A stretch of DNA of 64,000 nucleotides from a virus (IMGVR_UViG_3300028400_000006:1269-65268), one strand, 5' to 3'. Shown: positions 53,896 to 62,674, numbered from the stretch's first letter. Program-made: numbers and translations. Notes: a model not told the origin generated them from the sequence alone.

Positions 53896-56237
53896 CAGAC
53901 AAGGGCCTTCGGTTTCAAGTTACCTTCACGCAACGCCGCTTTGCGCCGCTTGCGTTCTTCTCGTGCCAACCGTTGCGCGTCGCCAACAATATCCTTGTAG
54001 TAATACAAGGCTGCGTATTGCAAGGCGTCATGTGGATGGCTGTACTCGTTTTTCTCCGGCTTCTCGGCAAATACCTCTCCAATCTTAGACATACGCTGAA
54101 AATGATATCCGCCCTCAAACCCTTCGCGCAAGGTTACACAGGTTGGCGACAATAATAAACCATTTCGCTTGTTAAGAAAATGAGATACAGCCTGGATACG
54201 TGTGTTAATATCGTTCGTTGGTGCCGGCATCGCCGGCAGGCCACGCTCACGCAAATTCGTAAAAACCGTCTCCTTCCATGCCGCGTTACGTGCGGTGCCT
54301 GCGGGGTCGCCCACAATAAGCACCGGGTACTGCCGATACTTACGGTAAAGCAGCGGCAACAAATACTCGTCCCGAAATTCATCAAAAGTAACACCTTTTG
54401 GCACCAATTCGTCCAACACCCATAATGAACCCTGCGGCGTCATCGCTGTGACGACAGCCGCAGGGTTCAGCCCCCAGTCGCAGCCAATAATAAGAACAGC
54501 ACGGCCAAACGGCTTAAGATCTTCGCTCGCCACATGCTCCCGCGCCCGGAACATCGGGTAAACCGGCTTGCCAGAAATATCCGGCGAATATTCACCCAGC
54601 ACAAGGGAGCGCACCTTCGCCTCCGGCATGCCCGGCAACATGTTCAGGTAGTAGTCGTAGCCGGCGGTGAGATTCTCGATGTTCTCCGCCTCCGGGTTCG
54701 GAACGTACTCGCCGTCCTCCGTCAGCAGCAAAGCGCCCGGCTGGCGAAACATCTTCCACCCGCGAGGGCGTTCGACTTCAAAAATCTCAAACACCCACGA
54801 ACGAATGGACGGCGGGTTTGAGTCCATCCAGAGCCCGAAGAAAGGCTTCACACCGTCTGGCAAGTCTGCCTTACGCGGGTACCGGGTAAGGCGTGACCGC
54901 ACCGCATTGATAATCTCCAGCGGCAGCTCCGATGCCTCGTTGAGGTAGGCGAAGGTCAACTCCAATGATTTCAGCTTATCCTCGACGGTCAGCACCGGAC
55001 CATCAAGCGACATGAACAGCACCTCAGTGTGAATACGCGTGCCATCATCTAGCGGCGCCTCGAACGTCCACTTGATCGGCGACTCATACTTCCACGAGCC
55101 ACGCTGCCCGTACCATTCCTTGAAAGTGTTGATAGTCGTCGACTTCAGCTGCGGATAAGTCCGGCGCCCGACCAGCGCCCGCGAGCGCCGAACGCCGTCC
55201 TTACATGGCGGCGTCTGTACGGCACGATGCATGAGCTCCGCCAGGCAGCCCACCGTCTTGCCGGAGTTGCCGGAAATAAATACTCGCCCGTTGCGCCGCA
55301 CCACAAGTGCGCCGCCCGGCACGGTGCAGCAGTAAACAGGATACGTGCCCTCATACTTCCGGATAATGGGTGGCGTTGCCGGAGTTGCTACATCGCGACT
55401 CAAGTGGACACGCCACACACCACCCTTACATTCCGCAGAAGACGACCACCCAACCAACACCGCCGCAAATTGTAACCAGTCCACAAGCCGCCGATCACGG
55501 GTTTCAATTGGCGCATTACCCTGCCACACCATAAGTGCATCCAGCATCTTATGCGCCCGCTCCCGGTCCACCATCCACCACGCCGCCTGCGCCGTGTCCA
55601 CACGCCACGGTAATTTGGCTCGAATAACCCCCATGCCTTCTTCATCAACCCAGCGCCCAGAACAGCGATACCCGGCCAACACGAACGCAGCTTTCAGCTG
55701 TTCAAAGCGCGCGCGGTCTGTAGTAGTCACACAGCAATTACGCCGGGTTGTGGCGCAACTCCCCCAGCGCGCCCCAAGAACCAGCAATATTTGTAGTGCA
55801 AGTAGCTCAGGTCCATAATTCAGTGGCGACTCAACATCACACCGAAATCCCGCCAACGGCACACGGATGTTTTCCGTACGCTTAATATGTTCAGCGGTAT
55901 TAAACAAAACCCCAGTTTCATTTAACAACGCCACCCGATGGTTTGGTGTGACCACCTGCGTTACACCAGCCACCTCGACCTCTATCAGCCGGTCGCGCCC
56001 TTCCTGCCACTCCAGCGGAGTGACGAACGACACGGCTTCCGTTTCCGGATCGTACTGCATCACCTGCGGCGTCGGACCATCCCGAAACCGCTTCCAACCT
56101 TCGGGTGTCAAATATTCAGTATCCCCGTCAAAACACCCGACCGGACCCATAACAAGTCGCACAGGGCTATTATCGGCATGAAAACGCCGCAACGTCGGTG
56201 TAGCCTTGTAATAAATGATATCTTTGTCACTCATCAT
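53895..56237 (-). CDS. terL: Terminase large subunit, intein-containing
   Basis: Walker A GPVG|SGKT split by an intein; YLNEASE; DSNPP; nuclease GCDWG, GDPAG, SHPHDALQY. Confidence 0.93.
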   Translation of the reverse strand: MMSDKDIIYYKATPTLRRFHADNSPVRLVMGPVGCFDGDTEYLTPEGWKRFRDGPTPQVMQYDPETEAVSFVTPLEWQEGRDRLIEVEVAGVTQVVTPNHRVALLNETGVLFNTAEHIKRTENIRVPLAGFRCDVESPLNYGPELLALQILLVLGARWGSCATTRRNCCVTTTDRARFEQLKAAFVLAGYRCSGRWVDEEGMGVIRAKLPWRVDTAQAAWWMVDRERAHKMLDALMVWQGNAPIETRDRRLVDWLQFAAVLVGWSSSAECKGGVWRVHLSRDVATPATPPIIRKYEGTYPVYCCTVPGGALVVRRNGRVFISGNSGKTVGCLAELMHRAVQTPPCKDGVRRSRALVGRRTYPQLKSTTINTFKEWYGQRGSWKYESPIKWTFEAPLDDGTRIHTEVLFMSLDGPVLTVEDKLKSLELTFAYLNEASELPLEIINAVRSRLTRYPRKADLPDGVKPFFGLWMDSNPPSIRSWVFEIFEVERPRGWKMFRQPGALLLTEDGEYVPNPEAENIENLTAGYDYYLNMLPGMPEAKVRSLVLGEYSPDISGKPVYPMFRAREHVASEDLKPFGRAVLIIGCDWGLNPAAVVTAMTPQGSLWVLDELVPKGVTFDEFRDEYLLPLLYRKYRQYPVLIVGDPAGTARNAAWKETVFTNLRERGLPAMPAPTNDINTRIQAVSHFLNKRNGLLLSPTCVTLREGFEGGYHFQRMSKIGEVFAEKPEKNEYSHPHDALQYAALYYYKDIVGDAQRLAREERKRRKAALREGNLKPKALV
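55266..56135 (-). mobile_element. Intein (290 aa) in the TerL Walker A motif
   Basis: Starts CFDGDTEYLTPEGW; block B VTPNHR; ends VYCCTV...RRNGRVFISGN followed by Ser as the +1 residue. Confidence 0.92.
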
Positions 56238-56811
56238 CCACCACCACATACTCGCTTTCCGGAAGGGCAAGAACCTTCAGGTTTTCTTCAATAGGTCGCG
56301 CCACTTCTGCCTCGACCGGCTTGGCCTCCACCGACACATTCTTGTCACCAAAATTAAACACAAACTTTACCGGCGCACCGTCTTTATGCGCGGGTTTGAC
56401 ATCGCCCCAACGATTAGGGTCAAGGCGTTGCGCCACCCATGCCATACGTTCAGATAGCGCTTTAGCAATAGTGGCATGGCCAGGCTGATCATAAGTTACC
56501 GTCAACGGAAGGATAGACTTGACAACAAACGCCTCCGCCGCCGCCCGCCGGGCTTTATCTAGATCCGCCGGGTCAATCGTTTCTTCCACCCATGACTGAA
56601 AGTGCACCATCGGCACACCAACATCAGCGGCGATCTCCGGGCCCAAGCGCCCCTTGGAAATCATTTCCAACACACGCGCGACACCAAACCGATTGAGCCG
56701 CTCATACGCCTGCACCCGATCGACGCCAGTCGGCAGGGGTAACTGCCGCATATCGCCAAATAGCTCATCGAACGCGGCGGATGGGTTATGCACACCAAAC
56801 TTGTCGTCCAT
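56227..56811 (-). CDS. terS: Terminase small subunit
   Basis: HTH-like N-terminal half; W.A.RLDP.RWGD motif; directly upstream of TerL. Confidence 0.75.
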   Translation of the reverse strand: MDDKFGVHNPSAAFDELFGDMRQLPLPTGVDRVQAYERLNRFGVARVLEMISKGRLGPEIAADVGVPMVHFQSWVEETIDPADLDKARRAAAEAFVVKSILPLTVTYDQPGHATIAKALSERMAWVAQRLDPNRWGDVKPAHKDGAPVKFVFNFGDKNVSVEAKPVEAEVARPIEENLKVLALPESEYVVVDDE

Positions 56812-56990
56812 CAGCCCCCCTTCCCAAGCGCCTTGACTATCCACCCAATCGCCGTTAGCAGCCCACTGAACAGCAACGTCAACAGCGCCATGATGAACGC
56901 ATTGAATCGCTTGGACAACGCCACCAGCTGCCGCCCAAGCGACTCCACGCGCTCTTCCAGCCGTGCAACGCGCTCACGCATGTCCGCCAT
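56811..56990 (-). CDS. Small coiled-coil plus transmembrane protein (59 aa, not in the ORF track)
   Basis: MADMRERVARLEERVESLGRQL...FIMALLTLLFSGLLTAIGWIV; its TGA overlaps the terS ATG. Confidence 0.65.
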   Translation of the reverse strand: MADMRERVARLEERVESLGRQLVALSKRFNAFIMALLTLLFSGLLTAIGWIVKALGKGG

Positions 56991-57001
56991 GAAAGGTACC
57001 C

Positions 57002-57054
57002 TTGCAAACTACCAACCCATGCGGCATTATATGAAGAAACGCGCATAGCCTCAA
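57002..57054. promoter_or_regulatory. Overlapping divergent promoters (lysis and morphogenesis)
   Basis: Plus strand TTGCAA-17-CATTAT (57002-57030); minus strand TTGAGG-17-TATAAT (57054-57026). Confidence 0.5.
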
Positions 57055-57065
57055 GGAGCAACACT

Positions 57066-57722
57066 ATGGGCCAGTGTGTTCGGAAACTGCAACGCCTGCT
57101 CAGGACGTATGGGTATTACCATGGCAGGGTCGACGGTATCGAAGGGCCGATGACCCGCCAGGCGTTCCAGGACATGCTGAAAGCCGGACACGAGGACTTC
57201 GCCCGCCTGAAAGCCGAGGAAAAAACCGCACCCGAGCACCCCACGCTGAACACGCCGGATTGGCCGCGACAGAATGAAATGTTTTCTTTCTATGGTCGTC
57301 CCGGCACCAACCTGGTGACTGTTCGCTTCCCTATCGCCATGCGGCTGGCATGGGCGCCGGAGAAAAAGGTCACTCGCTTTACCTGCCACAAGAAGTGCGC
57401 CGAAGCGTTCCGGTCGATCATCGAGCAGGCGGTAAAGCACTACGGCGAGGACGAGTTCCGCCGTCTGAAGCTCGACATGTACGGCGGCTGCTACAACAAG
57501 CGTCGCATCCGTGGTGGGCGTAGTTGGTCGACGCATGCCTTTGGCGCGGCCATGGACATCTGGCCCAACAAGAATGGCATGTGGGTACGTGCGCCGAAGG
57601 CGCCGCTGTCACGCCCGGAGTACAAGGCGTGGTGGGATATCGTCGAAGCGCATGGAGCAGTGAGCCTTGGCCGCGCCATCGGCAGAGATTGGTGCCACTT
57701 TCAGTTTGCAAAGTTAGGGTAG
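57066..57722 (+). CDS. Endolysin: peptidoglycan-binding domain plus M15 peptidase
   Basis: LQRLL..YGYY.G.VDGI.GPMT; GCYN.R.IRGG..WSTHAFGAAMD; DWCHFQ. Confidence 0.92.
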   Translation: MGQCVRKLQRLLRTYGYYHGRVDGIEGPMTRQAFQDMLKAGHEDFARLKAEEKTAPEHPTLNTPDWPRQNEMFSFYGRPGTNLVTVRFPIAMRLAWAPEKKVTRFTCHKKCAEAFRSIIEQAVKHYGEDEFRRLKLDMYGGCYNKRRIRGGRSWSTHAFGAAMDIWPNKNGMWVRAPKAPLSRPEYKAWWDIVEAHGAVSLGRAIGRDWCHFQFAKLG

Positions 57723-57731
57723 GAGACTACC

Positions 57732-57950
57732 ATGGCTCGTAAACCCAGCCGCAAGGGCGGCAAGAAATGGATTCAGAAAGCGGTCAAACGGCCCGGCCGC
57801 ATTACCAAGGCTTGTGGTGGTAAGCCCTCATGTGAATGTATCGACAGACTTTCGAAGAACAAGAACAAAAGCCTCGCCAGCGCCGCCCGCCTTGCCAAAC
57901 GTTTCAAGGGATGTAAAGGTACAAAGCCCATCAGTCGCAAACGTAAATAG
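57732..57950 (+). CDS. Small highly basic protein
   Basis: KKWIQKAVKRPG...ARLA pattern; AGGAG RBS. Confidence 0.7.
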   Translation: MARKPSRKGGKKWIQKAVKRPGRITKACGGKPSCECIDRLSKNKNKSLASAARLAKRFKGCKGTKPISRKRK

Positions 57951-57961
57951 GAGGATTCAAC

Positions 57962-58138
57962 ATGCTCAACGGCTACAAGACTTACCTCGCCGCCTTCCTG
58001 CTCGCCGCCGTCGGTATCATCGAAGGCGTGCTCGGCATCGACATCCCCGGCGTGCAGGTGGACGATAACTGGTTCACTATCCTTATCGGCGCTCTCGGCC
58101 TTGGTGGCATCCGCCACGCTATCGCCAAAGGTGAGTAA
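57962..58138 (+). CDS. Putative holin (58 aa, not in the ORF track)
   Basis: MLNGYKTYLAAFLLAAVGIIEG...ILIGALGLGGIRHAI, two hydrophobic segments; GGAGG RBS. Confidence 0.75.
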   Translation: MLNGYKTYLAAFLLAAVGIIEGVLGIDIPGVQVDDNWFTILIGALGLGGIRHAIAKGE

Positions 58139-58350
58139 TGACCTGGGCACGCATCATTCTTCTGGCGCTGCAGGTGGCGAACGCGCTGCTACGTCGCCTG
58201 CAGCGCCAGCGTATAGAGCATGAACTGCTTCGCCGGCTAGAAGCAGAACGCCATGAGCTTAATGTTCGTCTGGTCGGTATTCGCCAAAAAGTCGACCATA
58301 TGCAGAGCGAAGAAGTTGACACTGCACTCAAACAAGACTATCGTGATTAA
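58138..58350 (+). CDS. Putative i-spanin-like protein
   Basis: N-terminal hydrophobic anchor plus coiled coil; last gene of the lysis cassette. Confidence 0.55.
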   Translation: MTWARIILLALQVANALLRRLQRQRIEHELLRRLEAERHELNVRLVGIRQKVDHMQSEEVDTALKQDYRD

Positions 58351-58389
58351 AAAACTTCTCTCCTCCCCGATGACGTCCCCCGCCAAACT

Positions 58390-58420
58390 GCCGGCGCTTC
58401 GGCGCCGGCCTTTCTATTTC
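58390..58420 (+). terminator. Intrinsic terminator between convergent operons
   Basis: GCCGGCGC-TTCG-GCGCCGGC followed by CTTTCTATTT. Confidence 0.8.
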
Positions 58421-58956
58421 GCTTTAATAGGTTCGGACGGTTGATCTTGGTATTTGCCATTATAACCTTCAACCCGGCCATCTATCTGATAAAACAATAC
58501 CTGACAAATCGGCATACCTTTATATAGTTGTAAGCAATAAGGGCCGTGGTTGGTAATTTCTAGCGTCAAATATCCCCTCCAGCCAGGCTCTATAACGGTG
58601 TTCTGCACAGCAAGCCCCAGCCGCGCCAACGTCGACTTGTCATGTACGACGCCAACGACGTCATCCGGCATTTCGATAAACTCAACCGCCGACCCCAGCA
58701 CGAACCCACCCCCTACGCTCTGAGGGCACAAGACAAACGGTTCTTCCAGCTGGTTCGCCTCAAGATCCGCCAACGGGTCAACCAGCACTGACGACAGACG
58801 CAGGTCATAGCCAGCGAACGACTCACCCCACGATAGGGTAAACTTCTTATCATCATACGCGTGGCCTGGCGCAACCAGTTTAAAGGCACCAGTCCTACGT
58901 TTGCTATATGGGCGGATTCTGACGCGGGAAGAAATGTCGTAACCTGGAATAATCAT
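58414..58956 (-). CDS. dcd: dCTP deaminase (trimeric dUTPase superfamily)
   Basis: GYDLRL, KSTLARLGL, IEPGWRGYLTLEI, GMPICQ, YNGKYQ; the start could lie further upstream. Confidence 0.88.
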   Translation of the reverse strand: MIIPGYDISSRVRIRPYSKRRTGAFKLVAPGHAYDDKKFTLSWGESFAGYDLRLSSVLVDPLADLEANQLEEPFVLCPQSVGGGFVLGSAVEFIEMPDDVVGVVHDKSTLARLGLAVQNTVIEPGWRGYLTLEITNHGPYCLQLYKGMPICQVLFYQIDGRVEGYNGKYQDQPSEPIKAK

Positions 58957-59047
58957 GGCAAAAACACCCGACGAGGCGCAGAGGAGGGTAGGGGGAAATG
59001 TGCTTTGGATTGCCTGCAATACACGCGCCTCGTCGGGCCCCCTCACT

Positions 59048-59254
59048 TTAGTTACACCCAATCGTCTCGTCAAGGCCCCAGTGCTTCAGCATCTGCGGAA
59101 CAACGTCCGACGGAACGCCATAGACACGACCATTTGTAGTCAGCGCCCACATGTCGCCGTCATACAACATCCGCATTTCGCCGATGCTGTCGTCCCTGAT
59201 AGACTGCGGATGTCCACTAACCTTGAAGTGAATGCTTTCGATCTCGTCGGTCAT
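59048..59254 (-). CDS. Hypothetical protein
   Basis: ATGA coupling; purine-rich RBS. Confidence 0.55.
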   Translation of the reverse strand: MTDEIESIHFKVSGHPQSIRDDSIGEMRMLYDGDMWALTTNGRVYGVPSDVVPQMLKHWGLDETIGCN

Positions 59255-59415
59255 TTCCTTTTCCTCCTTTTCTTCGCCTTCCGCTCCTTGCGGAAAAACT
59301 CATCGATCGTTTTCAACGGTGGGCAGGGCTGCCCCTGCCGGCGTCGCTTCGCTCTGAACGCCGGATTCTTGCAAGCTCCAAACAGCCGCTTCTGTTTGTT
59401 ACTTTTGAACGGCAC
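59251..59415 (-). CDS. Small basic protein MPFKSNKQKR... (54 aa, not in the ORF track)
   Basis: GGAGG RBS and GTG; Lys/Arg-rich. Confidence 0.65.
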   Translation of the reverse strand: MPFKSNKQKRLFGACKNPAFRAKRRRQGQPCPPLKTIDEFFRKERKAKKRRKRK

Positions 59416-59923
59416 CGGTGAGATCCTCCACTATGGCGTTAAGCGTGTACGCTTTGACCTCGGAGCGAACTCGGCGCCACTGCTTCGGCGCAATCTGTAG
59501 CCTTAACGACCATACGCCATACCGTTTTTTCTTGGCATTAGCGATGCATTTCGAAACCAACGAGTTCTTGTGTCGCGTTGGCCAGGCGTAACCAGCACAC
59601 GCCAACATCACCGATACCGGCATGCGGGAAGACAACGAAAAGAATTCACCCAGCGCTCGTCCGTAACGACCCACACGGCCTTTTCGCACTGCCACTAGTG
59701 CTGGTTTCTGAAGAACAGCGTCAACGATCTCTTTCGCCGCCAGCCCGCCCGGCTGATCCAGCTCCGGCGTGTCGACAAAGTAGAACCGCACCACCAGCTG
59801 CTTACCCGAAGCCGTCCTGATTTCAACAGTATCGCCATCGATTGTGCGGTGCGCCTCCACCTGTTCGATCACCCAGCGCGAAGTATCGACCGGTGGGATA
59901 TACTGCGGAGCATATGCATCCAT
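59399..59923 (-). CDS. Thermonuclease (SNase-like)
   Basis: IDGDT, VRF..VDTPE..QP, RYGRAL, GYAW, AK....GVWS. Confidence 0.88.
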   Translation of the reverse strand: MDAYAPQYIPPVDTSRWVIEQVEAHRTIDGDTVEIRTASGKQLVVRFYFVDTPELDQPGGLAAKEIVDAVLQKPALVAVRKGRVGRYGRALGEFFSLSSRMPVSVMLACAGYAWPTRHKNSLVSKCIANAKKKRYGVWSLRLQIAPKQWRRVRSEVKAYTLNAIVEDLTGAVQK

Positions 59924-59933
59924 ATCTCCCTCC

Positions 59934-60182
59934 TTACATCATGTTTACCAACCACGCAACAACAGCGCCAGTTACCGCCGGCACTCCCCCCTCAACCCAT
60001 TTATGCAAGGACGGTCTGAACGGCCATGGGGGGCGCCTACCAATGGCGACATCCTGCGCCCACTCCCGCCCCAACCAAAGCGCCGCATTGATTCCGGCGG
60101 CAAACCACCACGGCGTGCTCGCCAGCACCAACACCACCACAAGAACAACGGCGCCCAAGGTATGTAAAAGCGTATCTTTCAT
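59934..60182 (-). CDS. Small membrane protein
   Basis: Hydrophobic segments; GREWAQ. Confidence 0.6.
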   Translation of the reverse strand: MKDTLLHTLGAVVLVVVLVLASTPWWFAAGINAALWLGREWAQDVAIGRRPPWPFRPSLHKWVEGGVPAVTGAVVAWLVNMM

Positions 60183-60457
60183 AGGCTCCTACAAGCTATA
60201 GCATCAAGAAGTGCACCAAATGCATCAACGCCCTGTTTGCCAATAACTGCAAGAATATTTGTCATCCCAGCAACTTGCCTATACATACGTTCGCACGGAA
60301 ACGCCTTAACCTCAATATAAAGACCAAACTCAGGTAAATAAAAATCAAGCATCCGGCCGTTTGGGCCGCCACCCACAAAAACATCTCGCTTATAAGTAAT
60401 GTTGTGCCGGTCAAGCGCATCGGCGATTTTAGCCTCAAGGGGGTCCTCAACCATCAC
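60179..60457 (-). CDS. Small PD-(D/E)XK endonuclease-like protein
   Basis: E..IA.AL....I.Y...LDFYLP...LYIEVK. Confidence 0.7.
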   Translation of the reverse strand: MMVEDPLEAKIADALDRHNITYKRDVFVGGGPNGRMLDFYLPEFGLYIEVKAFPCERMYRQVAGMTNILAVIGKQGVDAFGALLDAIACRSL

Positions 60458-60467
60458 TCGCTCCTAA

Positions 60468-60947
60468 TCACACTGCCATCTCCTGCATCAAGCGTCTAAC
60501 CAGCGCCGCATGCGCCGCCAGCAGCGCCTTGTGAACTGCCGTCGCATGAGGGTTTGCACAGCGCAATGTCGCGTCACGCAGGCCGGCCAGCGGCGCGGCG
60601 GCGCAGGTATGCGCCCCAGTTACTTTCTGCACAGGACAGCCGGTGCACTTCGATTTTTCCTTGTACGCCTTGCAAAGCGGGCGATCATGGCGACGCTTAA
60701 GCCGTCCAGAGGTTGCGGAAAGCTCATCCAATAGCGCCAACTCTTCCATCAGCGCCCGCCACGCCTTGTAATCAAACGCCGCTAGCTTCGCCTTGCGCCG
60801 CTTTGCCTCTTCTTCCGCCGCTTGCGTCGCCAAGGTATAGCCTTTGATGGTAGCCAGCCAGGCGCGCTGGTTACCTGTGACCAGCTTGAGCTTCCAAACA
60901 TCCACCTGCGGATCGCCAGCCGGCACCAGCTTCAATACTACCGTCAT
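60468..60947 (-). CDS. Hypothetical protein with Cys cluster
   Basis: LC..Y....C.GCPV...TG...C. Confidence 0.65.
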   Translation of the reverse strand: MTVVLKLVPAGDPQVDVWKLKLVTGNQRAWLATIKGYTLATQAAEEEAKRRKAKLAAFDYKAWRALMEELALLDELSATSGRLKRRHDRPLCKAYKEKSKCTGCPVQKVTGAHTCAAAPLAGLRDATLRCANPHATAVHKALLAAHAALVRRLMQEMAV

Positions 60948-61225
60948 TCGTCCAGCTCCCCCAACTCGTCCTTCAGCATCAGCCGCATCTTAGCCATCTC
61001 CAGCGCCCCGACAACCAACGCCGGCAGAATTCGAGCGTGTTTATAGACCGTCACATAGACGTCCTCTTCTCCATCAAACACCAACAGTAACGCCGACTTC
61101 GGCACCTTGCCCAGCGCTCTTAGGTCCGCCAGTGCCGCCCGCACTTCCTGAATCAGCGCATCTTCATCCAGTTCCTTCTCTTCACGTTTGACCCGGACCC
61201 GTTCAAAGTCAATGACTTCCGACAT
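60944..61225 (-). CDS. Hypothetical protein
   Basis: VIDF, VGALEMAK; RBS present. Confidence 0.65.
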   Translation of the reverse strand: MSEVIDFERVRVKREEKELDEDALIQEVRAALADLRALGKVPKSALLLVFDGEEDVYVTVYKHARILPALVVGALEMAKMRLMLKDELGELDE

Positions 61226-61392
61226 GCTTCCCTCACAACCATATTATGCGCCAGTATCTGACGCTTCGTCCCCAACGTATCCTGCCGCGACGGATGAATG
61301 ACCCGCAACGCTTCACATGGTACAGATCGAGGTAAAGGGCGCGATACAACATCGCACCACATGACCAACCCAAGCAGCCCAACACACGTCAT
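61153..61392 (-). CDS. Possible o-spanin (Rz1)-like protein
   Basis: C..L..I.PS..DT..T.RQI.AHN......C pattern. Confidence 0.45.
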   Translation of the reverse strand: MTCVGLLGLVMWCDVVSRPLPRSVPCEALRVIHPSRQDTLGTKRQILAHNMVVREACRKSLTLNGSGSNVKRRNWMKMR

Positions 61393-61871
61393 ACTTTCAG
61401 CTCCACAGTGAAATCAAGGATAAGCGCCGCACGCGCCACCCAGGTCGTCACCGCCGATAGCGTCGCATCCTCCACCACATGGCTCCACACTATGGGGCCA
61501 TGCGGCATCGGTCGACGATTTACACCGTCGTCGACCATAGGCAGAATCACTTTATTGGTGATGTCGATGCACAGCACGCCTTTCAGGCTGCCTTTCATCA
61601 GTTCATACAGTGCCAATAGTGCCAACACCACCAACGGCGACACCGCAACGATAGACGGCCCGTCGTCACCCTTACGCCGCAGCCCAAAACATAAAGGCTG
61701 CGGATTGACACGCAACGTCATTACAAGGCTACGCGGTATCTCTAATTCGAGCGACGCAGGCGCCGCAGGCGTCGCTGGTGTCATGGAGACACGTGTCGGC
61801 CTGTGCGCCAGCCAACCATCACCATGCGATGCTAGCACCACCATCTCCCAATCACCAACCTCCGTTTTCAT
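61389..61871 (-). CDS. Hypothetical protein
   Basis: GGAGG RBS; operon coupling. Confidence 0.55.
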   Translation of the reverse strand: MKTEVGDWEMVVLASHGDGWLAHRPTRVSMTPATPAAPASLELEIPRSLVMTLRVNPQPLCFGLRRKGDDGPSIVAVSPLVVLALLALYELMKGSLKGVLCIDITNKVILPMVDDGVNRRPMPHGPIVWSHVVEDATLSAVTTWVARAALILDFTVELKV

Positions 61872-61978
61872 CGCACCACCTCCAGAATAGCACGCACAAA
61901 TGCCACCAGCGCCAGTAGCGCATAGCTGCCCGACACCACCAGAAGGCTATAATCAATGATCCGCTCGAACCGACGCAT
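61868..61978 (-). CDS. Tiny single-TM protein (MRRFERIIDYSLLVVSGSYALLALVAFVRAILEVVR)
   Basis: GGAGG RBS; fills the gap between coupled genes. Confidence 0.5.
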   Translation of the reverse strand: MRRFERIIDYSLLVVSGSYALLALVAFVRAILEVVR

Positions 61979-62246
61979 CATCGCCTCCCAGGGCCTCGCT
62001 CAGCCCTTCGCTCAGTTTCTGTGTAAGCGTAAACGCCTGCTCCGATAACGTTTCCAGCAGCAGCGCCGTAGCCCGCGCATACTTGTCATCGTCGATTTCG
62101 TTGCTGTCGACCCCCATGACGGTCAACAGGGTATCCAACAACAACGTCGCCGCGCCGACCTGCCTGGAAACCGCCCCCTTATCCCCGCTGCACAAGGCGA
62201 TGGTTCGTGGGATATACGTGGCCGGCACCTCTATCTGTTTTTTCAT
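61953..62246 (-). CDS. Hypothetical protein
   Basis: GAGG RBS; ATGA coupling. Confidence 0.6.
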   Translation of the reverse strand: MKKQIEVPATYIPRTIALCSGDKGAVSRQVGAATLLLDTLLTVMGVDSNEIDDDKYARATALLLETLSEQAFTLTQKLSEGLSEALGGDDASVRADH

Positions 62247-62674
62247 GTTGACAACCTCTTCTTGTCCGCTATAGAGATACTCTCGTGGGTCGCATCACCA
62301 CGCACCTCATCACCACCGCCGCCCGGTCGGACTCGTTCCGACCGGGCTTTTTCAAGCGCCAAAGCAATCAATATGCATGCAGCGGCGTGCGCCAGGTGCG
62401 GCAGACCACTCTCTTCATCCCTCGGCAGTGGAGTCGGGAATCCTTCGATGTGGCGATACAAGTGTCGCAGCGCCGCATCGATGTACGGCACATGCGAAGG
62501 CGCCCTACGCCAATTGTCGCGTGAATACTTCCGCGCCCCATAAGCAAAGACGTAGGCCGTTTCAAACAATGCCTCGGCCGGCAGCAGCGACATTTCCGGC
62601 TTGCCATCACGCTCCTTGCGCCAGGCCAGCTGGCCACCTTCGACGCCCCAGCGAACACGACCATCAGACACCAT
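62243..62674 (-). CDS. DUF5664 / dATP-dGTP diphosphohydrolase N-terminal-like protein
   Basis: GKPEMSLLP..AL...A.VF.YGA.KY..DNW...Y.DAALRHL...D.ESGLPHLAHAA. Confidence 0.85.
   Translation of the reverse strand: MVSDGRVRWGVEGGQLAWRKERDGKPEMSLLPAEALFETAYVFAYGARKYSRDNWRRAPSHVPYIDAALRHLYRHIEGFPTPLPRDEESGLPHLAHAAACILIALALEKARSERVRPGGGGDEVRGDATHESISIADKKRLST

Noticed and set aside
62243-62674. Z-genome (2-aminoadenine) pathway
   Set aside because: No PurZ or DatZ-like gene seen; DUF5664 alone is insufficient
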